Assembly: GCA_951804945.1 (NCBI GenBank)
Contig: OX638153.1
Span: 45,198,001 to 45,262,000 of the forward strand
DNA length: 64,000 nt
Direction: 5' to 3'
From: Podarcis cretensis
Taxonomy: Eukaryota
Made by a program: the position numbers and the translations under genes. Positions 13,955-27,810 of this stretch are shown here, piece by piece (position 1 is the stretch's first letter; each line of letters opens with the position of its first letter). The notes below the pieces were generated by a model. That model made no database searches. It saw only the letters and a program-made list of their open reading frames with translations, and was not told the origin of the DNA.

Positions 13955-15426
13955 TAAGTCGAGATCTCACTTGTAGCATTTTGCACTTCTATCCTGCATG
14001 TTCTCGAAGGCTCAGTCTAGGCCGTTTCTGTTCATATAATAATGAACCAACAAGGTGCCTGTGGGATGCCTGCAAGCAGGACCCAAGCACAGCAATACTC
14101 CTACGGTTTCCAGAAAGGTAGAACATAGCTGTTGTGGCTAGTTGCCACAGGTAGCTTTATCCTGGTTAAAGAGGAGAGAGCTTAATTATGATCCTGGTTT
14201 CAGGTGACATGCTAAGCTAGGGGTGAGGAAGGCTAGATGTGGCCTTCTGGCCTTCTCTGACATTACCAGCTTAAAATGCAGCCAGGCCATTCTTTTTTCT
14301 AATTTGGATCAAAGCTGGTTTGGGGGAAATGTGTCAAAATGCAGAGTTTGATAACAGGATAGACCTGGATTGTGGCTAACGTCGTGTGTCCACTGCTTCC
14401 CAAACCAACAATGGGAGCGCACTGCATGTATAGTAAATGGAGAGTGTGTTCATAGCCTGAATCATCATGCAGTGCAGATGGTCTCCCCTCAAGCTGAACT
14501 TGTTTGTGGATACCGCTGGAAGGATCTAAGAGAAGCAAGTCTTGGAATCAAGAGACATGTGGGAAGCACTTATTTTTATGAAATGGGCAGCCAGATGGCG
14601 CACAGCATGTGTAGCAAAATGTGGATGAGAGATGTTTTACCATATAAAAATCAACTTTAAAAGAAAATGAGAGAGAATGTGACTTGAGTTTGGTCAATCA
14701 TCTGTCTGCTTAAAGACAATATATGTACATGCCTTTGCCCTCCTCCCCACCCTCAGTGCTGCCCCTTCTCTCCTGCCTTTGCAACATCCAGGAATTAAAG
14801 CCAGAAGTCTCTCATTAACCATACATTGTGTTCTACTTCAGATACTACAGTTTGGAGGTTTGGAACAAGCCAGGATGTTAAACCAACTTAAAACTGATTA
14901 TAAGATCCTGGCATCTCCTAAGACTGGTAGCTATTGTTTTCTGGTTTGGGCAAAATGGGATTCTATGGTTAGTAGGAGACTTACGGGTTTAATTACTGCA
15001 CACTTAAAGGGGCTTGTGTGTGTAGACAAAAGGCTCAGACGTACTCCAGTTATTAAGCCAAGAAAAGATTCTCAAAACGTGATCAATGTGTATCATTCTT
15101 CTAGCCTAATTTTTCAGGTATCTAGGAACAACAGTAAACAATAGTGGAAGGGTGATTGCCTCTGTATAAAGGCAATCACTATACATATATAGGCAACCAC
15201 TGTTAATTGGGGAGCATGCACCTTCTTGACTTTGACTTTATGGATTTGTATTAATCATTTCAATGAATTTGTTGTTGTTTGCTTCATTTGTATGTTACTG
15301 TGTTTGTCTAGCAATATCTGGATGTAGCAATTGTGATGTTTATTGTTTCTTTTTAATGCTTTCTGATTGTTGTGAGCCGCTTAGAACTCAACATTTGTTG
15401 TTGGAAAAGGAGAATAGAAATATTAA

Positions 15427-16007
<581 letters not shown>

Positions 16008-16551
16008 ATAGGCCAGTTTAAATGTTATAGATCCCATGAACTGCTTGCCCATACTAGTGCTTTATCTGGCACTACAGCATGTGCAGGTGTAGTCCCCGCC
16101 AGTGTTGATTGCACATGTATGTGCCAGTGCATAGTTTAAAGAACCTCTGAACATCACATCACCATACGTGGCACACCAGTCCTGGAAAGTGCATACCTCT
16201 GCTTCCATAGACTGTGGGGAGGGGGGCAGTTGTGGTTAACACTTAAATCACCTACAGTGTTAACGTGATTCTAGCAACCTGTTTTAAATCATATTTAAAT
16301 CTTACACATGCACGCCTGTGTATGTTCGTTCAGAAAGCTCATTAAGCTGAAAAATTCTATCAGTTGTCAGCTGCAACATCAGGAGCAATTGCTACATGAA
16401 AACCTACATTGAACCAAAGTGATGTTGCCATTAGGGGATTCTATGCCAGAACTCTCCTAGTTTGAGTGTCCCTATCCCATAACATCATGCTATTCCTGCA
16501 TTGGACCTGCAAATACTCCTTAGGGAAGCGTAGCCATAATATTGTTACCTA

Positions 16552-16784
16552 CAGTGGTACCTTGGGTTACAAACTTAATTCGTTCCGGAGGTCCATTCTT
16601 AACCCGAAACTGTTCTTAAGCTGAGGCGTGCTTTTGCTAATGGGGCCTGCTGCTGCCGCCACAGCGCCATTTCTGTTCTCATCCTGGGGCAAAGTTCTCA
16701 GCCCGAGGTACTCCTTCCGGGTTAGCGGAGTTTGTAACCTGAAGTGCTTGTAACCCAAAGCGTTTGTAATCCAAGGTACCACTG
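16552..16784 (-). mobile_element. Tigger/pogo-like MITE, same family as 12083-12302 in the opposite orientation
   Basis: CAGTGGTACC TIRs and TA TSD; internal ATTTCTGTTCTCATCCTG is the reverse complement of CAGGATGAGAACAGAAAT in the other copy. Confidence 0.9.
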
Positions 16785-17551
16785 TATTTGGTTTGTTGAT
16801 AGGTAAGTAGTCAAGATATGCTGCACTGTGTACTAAGCATTTATAGTTGTTCTGCTCTTCAAGGCAAAACCACAAGTGCGCTGAATGGCGCTACTTTGGT
16901 CATGGAGATATGGTAGCAAATCATGTTAATGATGGAGCAAACTCCTAATAAAAGGGATGTGGACTTTTATCTAAGTATTTTTCAGAATAACTGAGGGTTT
17001 CACATAATCACTAGGGCTCCAGCATCCAATACATGCCAAACATGTAACAGGCACTGCTATAGCATGCCTAATTTTATACTGTTTTATGTGACCTTCTGCA
17101 TCCTTTCCTGTGTCTAACTGGGTCGATTCTCTACCATTACCCAATGTGGAGTTGTTTTGGGGAGAAATGCCAATGGGTAGAGGAAGTTACAATATCTTGG
17201 GCAGCTTCCATTCATTCTGGCGAGGTCTGCAGGATGACCAACAAACTGCTGTAACGGGGCTTGTAAAGTGACTTGGTGCAGGAAAGGGGTGGGAAATTAT
17301 CCAGCCTTTCAAAGCACTTTTATCTGGCTGCTGTATCAGGGAGTGGCGAGGGGAAAGCACTGCATATTGTTTTACTCGTAAGCAAATTCTACAGCAGTCC
17401 TTTCCCTCCCTGAATTTTGGTGGGAAGTAAAGAACTGTGTGAGTTAGAACGAGTGGTGTGGAAAACCTCAACTTGGATATAGCTTGTTGCATATTAGTTG
17501 GGCTGATTTGTGCCTGACCCTGTTATGAATTTGAATTGTCCCCTTCCTCAG

Positions 17552-17669
17552 GTCGGATCCCTGAAAGCCTACGAAACTGCGTGAACAAGGAATTCTTTGT
17601 CACAACAGCTCCTTGGTCAGTAATAGATCAGCAAGCGATTCATCCAGAGCTCAATGGTGCCACATACAG
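17552..17669 (+). CDS. CTBP2: CTBP2 coding exon (GRIPESLRNCVNKEFFVTTAPWSVIDQQAIHPELNGATYR), 118 nt
   Basis: Acceptor cctcag| and donor CAG|gtaaga; phase consistent. Confidence 0.97.
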
Positions 17670-18699
17670 GTAAGATAAAGAACTCTTTTTGGGGGAAAAG
17701 CACCATACTTTGTAGTTCTCTACCCAAGAATGGAGCTAGAGAATGAGATACACACATCTTTGTATAGGGCTCAGGTAGGGTAGCCCTTCAGCAATAGTGT
17801 ATTCAGGTTTCCTCCACAGAAGGCGCTTCCTTTATTCTGGGAATCCTGTTCAGAGATAGCATCTCCACAGGTATCCCGCTGCACAGAGGCCCCTTAATAA
17901 TGCCACTATAGAGTCACTTTGAGCTTCTCTGAAAGGCCTTTCTGCTGTTTCAGTCTTACTAACTCACCCACTATTTACCTGACAAAAGGAGCTTCCAGAA
18001 GTCAGTTTCAGTAAACCAGCCCTTTAGTTTGGGAGGGGGTTGGGGAGAGGAATATAATCAGTGCTCCTTAAGGACTTCAAAGATTCTTTGCAGAGGTAGG
18101 CCACCATTGTAAATGAATAAATACCGGTATATTGATGCACTGTTCACCCAGCACAAGCTGAAAGGTGGAACATTAATTAACTGTAGGGCACACCCCCCCA
18201 TGTAATGTTAAGGGGTAATATATTACCTAGGTTTAAGTCTAGAAAAAGCATGAGAGATATGGAATGGTTACTGGGGGGGGGGGGGGTTGGCTGCTGGAAA
18301 TGCCAATCGGTCCTTTTAGGGAACTTCCAGACGATTGTTTCATTCAGCAATAAATGTGCAGTTGTCAGTAACTTGTTACAAGATAATTTAGACATCCCTT
18401 GAGACAGTGGTTTTGTTGCAGGAAAAGCCCAATTGGCTAGTGCCCATGATTTCACAAACCCCCTCTGTTCACGCACATGCCCTCCCTTGGATGTTTATGG
18501 TAGCTCTCAAGCACCAGACTATTTGTGCAGCCTTCAAAAAGAGCAGTGAACAGGAGGCAAACCTCTGCAGATGAATTTGTTTCCCTCCAAGTTTTAAATT
18601 TCCTGTGTGTTTAGGATTGCAGAGGTTATGGAATTTCCCTGGTGGATCCCAGTGGGGTTCAATGGACCCCTTTTCTCTCCACCTCCCTTTAGCCAAGTA

Positions 18700-18868
18700 C
18701 CGTATTTTTTGGACCATAACACTCACTTTTTTCCTCCTAAAAAGTAAGAGGAAATGTCTGTGCGTGTTATGGAGGGAATGCCTACGGGTGGCATGCCTAC
18801 GGATTTTCCTCCTCTAAAAACTACGTGCGTGTTATGGTCGGGTGCGTGTTATAGAGCAAAAAATACGG
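18700..18868. mobile_element. Short Tc2-like MITE (169 bp)
   Basis: TA|CCGTATTTTTTG...CAAAAAATACGG|TA, with the same subterminal layout as 30048-30817. Confidence 0.9.
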
Positions 18869-20122
18869 TAAATAGTCCTCTAGGGCAGTTATGAAAATTT
18901 GTGCTCTCAGATTTCCTCCATGTGCACTAAAGGTAGCTATGTGTATAGGATATAAAAAGGGCTGTGAGTTTTTCAGGAATCCCCACATGCATGGATAGTG
19001 TGCCTGTGTGGAGAAGGATCCCAGTCAAGCATAATCTGACATTTTGAAAGCCAGAATTTTTGTTTCACTTAGGAGACATAATCCCAAGGGGCATACATAT
19101 TATAGCAAGAACAAAAATGAACCTTCATGAACTAGTCTCTCTCCATCTAGTGTTTGGGTTGGAAAAGCTTTTAGACTTCACTGGGCTTCTTATTTATCTC
19201 CTCCCCATTTCATTACCTACTGTGTACACAAATATTTGCATTTTTGGGGAGGGGGACTTACCTGTGTCCAGCACAGAACCTTCCAAGGTCTAATCTAGTG
19301 ACCTCTCCTATACTCTTACAGCATATCTTCAGAATAGCTTTTATTCTTTTCTCTAATTAACTTTGCCTCACAGATACATCTGGTCTTTTTTGTAAACTGT
19401 TATCTACCAGCATCTCTTCTTTTACACAGTTTTATGTTTCTTCTGCACTTGTGTGAAAACCCACACAATGCTGCTCATGAACAGAGATTAATACTGAGTT
19501 TCAGAAAGCAAGGGCTAGGACTGGAAAGTAGGTATGTGATATTAAGTAAAATCTGAAAAACTAGACAAGAGTCTAGATATCCAGTACTTGTTGCCTTTTG
19601 CAACTCCTTGCTCTTCAGTGTGATTAGCAGAAATAATGGAAGTTATATGCCAGCTTGTTTATTGAACCTATTTCATGTAGACTACAGAATTTAAATTCAG
19701 TATAGAATATATATCATCTGCAGCGTACAACCTTGCTTATGATGCTTCTATTGCAAGAGGCTAATCTTGTTAATCCCACTCCTTGAACGGAGTTGTATGT
19801 TAAAACTAATTTGCAATATACCTTTCTTTCCTAAATTTGTCCTGTAAATTCACAGACTAAGAGCCAGACAAATGCAAGTTTGCTTCTGCTCACACATGGG
19901 GGGCTTTTCAGCTTCCCACTCTTCTGACAGCAGTCCGACTTGGGACTTGCAGAATTGGCTGCTCTGCTTCATCTTGCAGGATTAACAGTGTGATAATATA
20001 CCAGTTTTCTGCAATTTTCCTTACGTAGGGTTTCATTATCATGCATATTTCCCCAAAGCACAATTTCTGTTCTAGTATCCTAAGGCCCAAGTCCAACTTG
20101 TTTCATTCTCTGTATGCCATTT

Positions 20123-20125
<3 letters not shown>

Positions 20126-20183
<58 letters not shown>
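20126..20183 (+). repeat. Compound microsatellite (TC)n(AC)n
   Basis: Directly visible. Confidence 0.95.
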
Positions 20184-20184
<1 letters not shown>

Positions 20185-21500
20185 TCCACAGTGTAAAGCT
20201 CTGTCATCTACACGGCCTAGTTAATGTGTTTAATAGTAATAATGACACGTGCCACGTTGATTTCTCTCAATTTCCCCCCAAACACTTGTTCACACAAGGG
20301 ACTTTCCACCAACTCTGTGACAGCTTTGGTTTTCTTCTTTGAAGAGCTGGCCGGTGTGCTATTTCTCACTAGTTTGGGGACTCACCTCATTTCCTTCAGC
20401 AGGTACCTCTTGCATTCCAACATGCTTTTGAAACTCAAATCTAAATGCCTCTTTGAGCTTCCAGAACTAGCTATGCAAGTTACTTAGACTGTTGTCTTGG
20501 GCTGAGTGTTCCCTCAGCCCCTGGTGATATGGATGGAGCAAGTGATGAGCTGACTTCTGAAGGTCTAGACTGTAGCCCATTGTACAAATATAAGAGGTTT
20601 ACAGCCAGACAGACACAAGTAGAAGTGTTATCATAATTTAAGGGCCCATTCCAGCTAAGCAAAAGCCCCAGAAGAGGTTGGTGAGAGGCTAGAGCCAGGC
20701 TGCCACAAGTCACATTATTGGGGTGGGAGCATGAGTCTAGTCCTGTACAGGCACCATGTTCTCTATGCCATTTTATTAAAAGAGGAAACATCCTTTTTTT
20801 GAATTGAATGTAATGTATGTGTTTAGGAAAGGGATGTTGTTATCGAACTACTGACATTAGAACAATGTCACATTCCATTTAGGTTTTTCTTTTCAGCATC
20901 TCCATGAGCCAGTCCACCCTTCTGCTTTGTACTTCAAAGGATTTTACAGGAAGAAAGAGATGATACCTAATAGCAAAAAAACATTTCGGTCGCCCTCTGT
21001 GGCACTCAAATGAATTAACAGCAAAGAAGCCACAGTCGTATTTTGTGTTCCGATATGTTTGACATCAATAAAAGGGTGACAGGAAGAAGGGATGGCAGCA
21101 GCGGATTATTCATATAAGGCTGGTCCCTCAGCTGCTGAAATGTGCGCTCTGCGGCTCTCTTTCAACACTGGAATCATTTTTTTGTCTCATACTTCAATGT
21201 GGGTAAAAGCAATGTGAAAAAAGAAGAGTTTGAAGGTGATAATTTATATTAGCTTTGATTCCCCCCTCCCACCCAAACAAATACTGCTCTTACGAACATA
21301 CTTTGAAAACTTGACAGATTTTGCAGTAAAAAAAAGTACTTTCTCTTACGATACCGGGATAGCAGTGATTTGGCAATGAATGAAATTGACTGCAAGGTAT
21401 TTCCCCCCCTCCCTCATTACCCTTCTACTACCCCCACAGCCTGTTGTTCTATGGAATGCTTGCGTGTCTCCTTTTAACTAAGAAATCACACTCTTCCTAG

Positions 21501-21681
21501 ATATCCACCAGGCATGGTGAGCGTTACACCAGGCGGGATTCCGGCAGCTATGGAAGGTATTATCCCCGGAGGGATCCCTGTTACCCACAATCTTCCGACA
21601 GTGGCGCATCCTTCCCAAGCTCCATCTCCTAATCAGCCATCCAAACATGGGGACAACAGGGAACATCCCAATGAGCAATAG
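21501..21681 (+). CDS. CTBP2: CTBP2 last coding exon (YPPGMVSVTPGGIPAAMEG...KHGDNREHPNEQ*)
   Basis: Acceptor tcctag|; ends in the CtBP2-specific C-terminus REHPNEQ with TAG at 21679-21681. Confidence 0.97.
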
Positions 21682-22480
21682 CAGATAATTCAAAGCACTC
21701 CGATTTGGGACCAAGAGACATTGGGGGGGGGGGGAGATGACACATGAACTGACGGGAATTTGATACAAAATTTGTAAGGTTGATTTTGGACTGACGCATC
21801 ATGTTGTTCCAGTGTTAACTACAAAAAAATGGAGTCAAGACTTGGGGAGGGAGGGGGAATGCAGACGAAGTCACCTGCTTACTGAAGCACTGAAAACTAG
21901 GATGCGATGATACATTACTGATCAACTTCTGTTACTGTATGTTTAAGTTTCCTTCATCTTTACATCAATCACAAGAATATATATTTCTTCTCAGTCCCTT
22001 TTGGGGAATAGCAGGTGACCTGCTGCTTAGAGCAGGTCCAACAGTCCTAACAAAGCTTACATGATAGTAAGAGGAAACCATCATGTGACTTCAGCCCTTT
22101 CCTTCCTCACTTACCTGGCTCCTCCTTGTATAGCCTGAGGAAATATAACCCAGAGATGGGGGAACTGTTTTGCTTGTTGCAGTTATATATGGCCACTAAT
22201 GTATTGGAGGGATGCTACTCAAATTTAACTACCGTCATGTAGGACAGCAATCTTGGTGGGAAGAGGGGGTAAAAGGCCCATGTTAACTAGCTGCCTCTTA
22301 CCCACAGAAATGGATGCTTATTCTACAAGATACACTTAATAAAGTAGCTGTACACTCAATAACACGTGCTGATGATGCAAAAAAAAGAAAAAGTGTTACG
22401 TTTCACATTTATACTCAAATATATTTTTCTCAGTTTTAAATCCACAGCTATTTTATTGAGTGGAAACGTCTTGGGCTGGA

Positions 22481-22777
22481 NNNNNNNNNNNNNNNNNNNN
22501 NNNNNNNNNNNNNNNNNNNNNNNNNNNNNNNNNNNNNNNNNNNNNNNNNNNNNNNNNNNNNNNNNNNNNNNNNNNNNNNNNNNNNNNNNNNNNNNNNNNN
22601 NNNNNNNNNNNNNNNNNNNNNNNNNNNNNNNNNNNNNNNNNNNNNNNNNNNNNNNNNNNNNNNNNNNNNNNNNNNNNNNNNNNNNNNNNNNNNNNNNNNN
22701 NNNNNNNNNNNNNNNNNNNNNNNNNNNNNNNNNNNNNNNNNNNNNNNNNNNNNNNNNNNNNNNNNNNNNNNNNNNNN
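22481..22777. other. Assembly gap (297 N)
   Basis: Run of n characters. Confidence 1.
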
Positions 22778-22922
22778 TTCTGTGATAAGTTTTAAAAGCT
22801 GTCCCAAACAAAACAAAAAAACCAGAACCAATGGCTACCAGAAGTATGTTTTGTTTTAGTGTGTTACCGTTACTGTATTTGTTTATTGTAAAGGTGGACA
22901 TATAGCGTTCAGTGCAGTTTTC

Positions 22923-22928
22923 AATAAA
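22923..22928 (+). promoter_or_regulatory. Probable CTBP2 polyadenylation signal AATAAA
   Basis: Canonical hexamer preceded by TGTA motifs (ctgtattt, ttgtaaag), about 1.2 kb after the stop. Confidence 0.65.
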
Positions 22929-24299
22929 AAGTGACAATTTCTATAATTTCACATGGACCAGGCCCTTCATGTCCTTTACCCTGTACGAATACTAACACAT
23001 TTTCAGGTCCAACAAGAGCAAGCTATGCCAAAACCACCCTTCTCAATGAAAGAAGGTGATTGATACATCTCTGCAGTCAAGATTCCAAAACGCAATAAAC
23101 TCTTCTTTTCCGAGCTGTGAGAAGCTCATAAGTGGTCTGAAGTAAACTAACTCTGCTCTTTAAAATAAATAAATAAACATACATTTACCCCCCCCCCAAA
23201 TCCTGTGTACTTAAAAAAGTTCCAAGCAAACCAACAAGACTCCTCTAGAGTATCTGCACCTCACAGTTCCAGCAAAAATCCTGTCTGAATATAAGAGAAG
23301 ACCACAGTGTGTCGGTTAATGGCTTGTTCAGACATTAGCTGGCACCTAAGACTTTACTCAAAACAAGATGGGGATGAACTTTCCACTATTCTGTGCTCAC
23401 TCTCCTACCCTCATCACTGCAGAAACTAATGGGTACATTGAGATAGACTCCAGATCTTGTAACAGATTTGAGGAAATTACAAGAGGTGCCCTGAGAGAGG
23501 TGAGGGAGAAGAAGTACCAATGCACAGCCCAAGTCCTTATGCTAACAGAACTGCTTTGTTGGATGCAACCCAGAGTTTCCTAGACCAGAAGCAGGAGAGA
23601 TGCAAGACTGCATAACTCCTAAGAGCCTGCTGCCTGCTTATTCTCTCATTTCAAACAGAATGTGGGAAGGAGAGGGGAGCTTTGACCAAGGACTACTCTT
23701 CTCATCCATATGAGGCTGTACCCTGCAAAGCGGCCCATGAAACCCACACCAGACTAGTTAACTACAAGCTACTATTATTTGTTGTACCAACTGTGGCGTT
23801 GGCAACCTTAATTCAAAATAGCTTTAGCCACTAACTCAATATAGGACCTATGCCAAGTCAGTCTTCTCCCAACCCAAATTTACAGGATTCCTTTAAACAG
23901 TAAAGCACTAAATGTGCATCAAAAACACTATTAAGAACGATAATATTTTTTTAAAAAAACTGCAATCCTCAGAACGCATTGCTAAGCTATGTGGAATAGA
24001 AGTTGAGAGCCATGGGAAGTGGAGAGAAAAGAGTAAAGCTGCCACCAACACTGACCACGCAATGAGTCCATGCAACCGTTGGGACAGCGGCAGTAAAAGA
24101 CAAGATGACTGGGATAGTAAGAACTAGGTCCAACCGCAAATGTATACAGATGTGATTTCATGGCAAACGCAGGCTGTATGACCTCCCAACCTAACAGCAG
24201 TGTCCATTTGAAATGAATAAATAAGGACTAGAATGGAATTTGAGGATAGGGGGAAGAGAAAGAAGGCAGAATAATACATTAACAGACAAACTGAAAGCA

Positions 24300-27200
24300 A
24301 ACCATTGTTACAAAACTTATATTTGTTTTGTTTTAAATTAATGGAAAAGCACATTACCAGCTTTGAACATATTCAAGGGAGTCAACTTCATAGCTGTGTC
24401 AATGATCTAACACTGCAATTATGAATAACTTACCATAGACACCAGTATAGAGCAATCAGGAGGAGGAACATTGGTGAGTTACAGAGAACATTTAGGAAGC
24501 CACACAAATGAAGGTGAAACAACATTTACACTGGCATTAGTGATTTTAAGAAGCTGCTATTGTTGGAACTTTGTTCTTAGACCAGGCAGTGGCATTCCAG
24601 ATAGGCATAATTAATGTTGATGAAAATGTATACTTTCTAATAGGACACTCACATTTGAGGCAGACTCTGCTACTGCCAGTGAATCTGCTAGGAACCCCTG
24701 GTGCAAAATTTGGCTGCTTGGATGCAATTATCTTTGTATTACTTCCAGGTACTAACTTGAAGAAAAGAAAAGAAAACTCTCCACTTAAAACTAGAGGAAA
24801 ATGTAGTTTTAGAGGAGGCTGTAAGTCAAACTTCCATATAACAGTTGTGGGTGTGGAAGTCATCTTAGTACAGAGGACGTATGTCATTGAAGAGTTCTTA
24901 AAATGTTAGCGTGATTCAGGAAGCATAGGTTTATGCAGTAGAACAAAGCTTCAAACAAGATATTAAAAGTAATTAAGATACAAAATGGTTTGAGATGCCA
25001 AGAAGGGGGAGCCATTTTGCTGCCAAACCATTCCTTTTTGTTTTACCACATGAAGTGATTCTTTTTTTATAAGGAGAGGGGGCAGCAAATTTTGCAGTCC
25101 AAAAAGAACACAACCAAGCAATTCAAATGGATGAAAAACCACTACTTAAAGCAGGAAATATATAATAGATTTTTATAATATATCTCCACTATAGACTCAA
25201 GATGGAACTTGCCCTTCAGCTTCAGAAATGGTGGTTTAATTAAAAAAAATACTACCTCAACTGTAACTTAGATCACAATAAGTGGCAAAGCCTGGACTTT
25301 TTTAAAAAAAGGTGTATCAGGTTAGAGACCCATGCATTACTGCAGTGTTTCAGGCTCGCCACAACTTGCTCAATGCCTATTCTCCAGCCCTGTAACAGCT
25401 ACTGGAATTACAATCTATAAAACCACTAACCACCACTGATTATCACAGGGCTGTACTGAGACTACAAGAAGTGGTTTCAATGTTTCTGTCTGTATATGTA
25501 GCTAGGAGCCAGTAAAAATGCACATTATTGTGTTTTTTATTCCAGGCAGTAGCAAACACTTTCATCCAAAAAGACTCCAAAAATTTCAGGCTTTGCTACT
25601 GCAGCGGAATAAAGATAGCTGGAGATTCAGCCATTTCTCCCTACTAGGATATTAATGCTTACATTTAAGACATATGTATCGAACTAGAATCAGCTATAGA
25701 TGGCAGCACAGTGACTCAGATCTTTTTTTAAAAAAACTTCCATTATTTTAGGTAACTGACTCCTCCCACAAAAGCACAGCTTATTGCATTGGTCCAGGAC
25801 TATGGGGATGCCACCACTAAGTATGTAATGTAGGCAGAAAAAGCATTTAGAAAACCTAAAATTAGAATTGCACATAAAAGCAGGACCTGTTTTTTAAAAA
25901 GAAATCCAATTATTCTCCAGCTTAGGAAATTTGACTCATCAAAGGTAAGCATGTACCTTTGCCCAATAATCTCTGCATGCACCAAAAGAGAGAACTAATG
26001 ACCAAAACACATCCATCCTTTTACATTTCAGAGATCAAAAAGCTGAATCAATGTACTTCTTCAATGTAGTACCTTGAAGAAATTTCAGGGTAGGTTTGTC
26101 AACAGGATTACTTTTGTAAAGTAATTTTCAACACCATCTAATCCACATTTGGAAAAAGCAGCAAATTCTGAAGGGTTCCTATATATATATTTTACACATA
26201 TGTAAATGTACGGCTCCTGTCCAGATTCTTAAACAAGGAAAACTATTTTGCAAGAGGTTGCTTGTCCTCATTTCCACCATCATTAGTCTTCAAAAAGTGC
26301 TTATCAGGATCTGCTTTATGCATACAAAACTATTCAACCTTTAGTGTTTTTTTAAAGTGAGGTTTTTGGATAGGCTATATCCATTCAAGATAGCATGGCT
26401 AAAGTTATCAAGTATAATAAAAAAAGAATTTTCTACTGGAGAATATATTCTGAACTTATACTTTCAGGAAACTTACATATTCAAATGTGGCCACAATCAA
26501 TCAACATGCAAAAAATTCCAAAGTTTACATACCAAGGAAAGATAATATACAGTACTTTAAAACAAAGCTTTAGAATGAAGGCTTTTAAGGAAAACTGCCA
26601 AAGTGCTTTCTCACTCGATTTTAATGACCAAGGAGTGCTCCTTAATGGAGGTGATTTTAACTTGCAGGGGAAAGGCTTGATAAAATAGTAATTTCTATTG
26701 TACAACTCACAGCAAGATCAGGTTTGGACAAAATGCAGTTTTTTCAGTTCAGTTTAGATGTAGCAGATTCCACACGGTAGTTAGCATATAGCTCTCTGGA
26801 ACAGTACTTCTCTGACTACTTTAAGTATGCTGGAAGGGGGGAAAATATTCCAAATAAGAGATACAAAATATGAACCGACAGCAGAGAATCCTTTACAAAA
26901 AAACAAAAAAAACAAAGTTCACTCAATCAAAATGTATCATCCCTTCCATAGGTTGGTGTGTTTTTTTCCCTTTAACATTTCATCTACTTATAATGGGCAC
27001 AAAGGTAACTCAAATCTGAATAAAAACAATGAACTGCTCATACTTTTGACTCACTCTGGGTATATATGGCTTCAACAGCAAAAAGAAAAGCCACATCATC
27101 TGACCTGGGCATTAGGAAGATTGCATATAAAATGGGTCTGTTAGAATGCTTAGGAAGTGATGCAGAAGAACCAAGTTTTACTGTAAGTCTCAAAAAGAAC

Positions 27201-27591
27201 AAATATTAATCTACGGTGTGCTTTTAAGTGCCCTTATTCAAAAGAATTTTTTTTCAATTATTTTAAGATGCTGGTAATACTTTTTCCAATTACACAACTT
27301 TCTTACACAACTACATGCGGTACATTTATAGGCAGATGTACAACTGGAAAGAAAAATGCTTTCTGTCTTGGTAATAAAATTAGGGCTTTGCTTTTTTACA
27401 AACTGTAGTCCAACCAACGTAGCTGTCTTCACATATATGTTGAGCCTCTGAATTCTCCCCATGCCGATTAAAAATCTTACGCAGGCTGCTTCCTGCTACA
27501 ATTAGGTCGTTGTGTAACAAATTGCTAGCGCATGCCCCAAGTGCTGGGGGACCTCACCACACATTATTCTCAGCCAGGTATCTCAATTTTA
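24300..27591 (-). other. ZRANB1: ZRANB1 long AU-rich 3' UTR (distal end uncertain)
   Basis: Follows the stop codon; AT-rich with no transposon I can recognise over about 3.3 kb, unlike the introns. Confidence 0.55.
25536..25541 (-). promoter_or_regulatory. Candidate ZRANB1 polyadenylation signal AATAAA
   Basis: TTTATT on +, about 2 kb downstream of the stop; followed on - by a U-rich stretch. Confidence 0.5.
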
Positions 27592-27810
27592 TCATTCATC
27601 ATCATCGTCTTCATCTTCTTCTCCATCTGAAAGGGATGTACAGGGGCGAATTTGTCTATAGCGATCAAGCCATTTCTCTACCATCTGTGTTACCAGGGGA
27701 TGGTTGCGCCGGCGAGAACTTTTCTGCATAGCAACTAGGACTCCACCCTCCGTCACGCAACAGTCCAGCCACTCCCTGAGCAGCTTCTCCTGTTGTTCCT
27801 CATTACCAAT
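27592..27810 (-). CDS. ZRANB1: ZRANB1 last coding exon (IGNEEQQEKLLREWLDCC...SDGEEDEDDDDE*), 219 nt, tandem TGA TAA stops
   Basis: Acceptor ctgaag|; the exons sum to 2127 nt = 708 aa plus stop, the canonical TRABID length; acidic tail. Confidence 0.96.
   Translation of the reverse strand: MGNEEQQEKLLREWLDCCVTEGGVLVAMQKSSRRRNHPLVTQMVEKWLDRYRQIRPCTSLSDGEEDEDDDDE

Larger units (their letters stand above)
21682..22945 (+). other. CTBP2: CTBP2 3' UTR (interrupted by an assembly gap; 3' end approximate)
   Basis: Runs from the stop codon to the AATAAA at 22923, preceded by a U/GU-rich block. Confidence 0.65.

Noticed and set aside
15152-15179. 10-bp perfect inverted repeat GTGATTGCCT / AGGCAATCAC (similar one at about 56340-56373)
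   Set aside because: Too short to distinguish from chance or local slippage in 64 kb.
21468-21500. U12-type branch point (CTCCTTTTAAC) before the last CTBP2 exon
   Set aside because: Imperfect match to TTCCTTAAC, and the upstream donor GTAAGA is U2-type.
22356-22937. ORFs spanning X runs
   Set aside because: Artefacts of the N gap.
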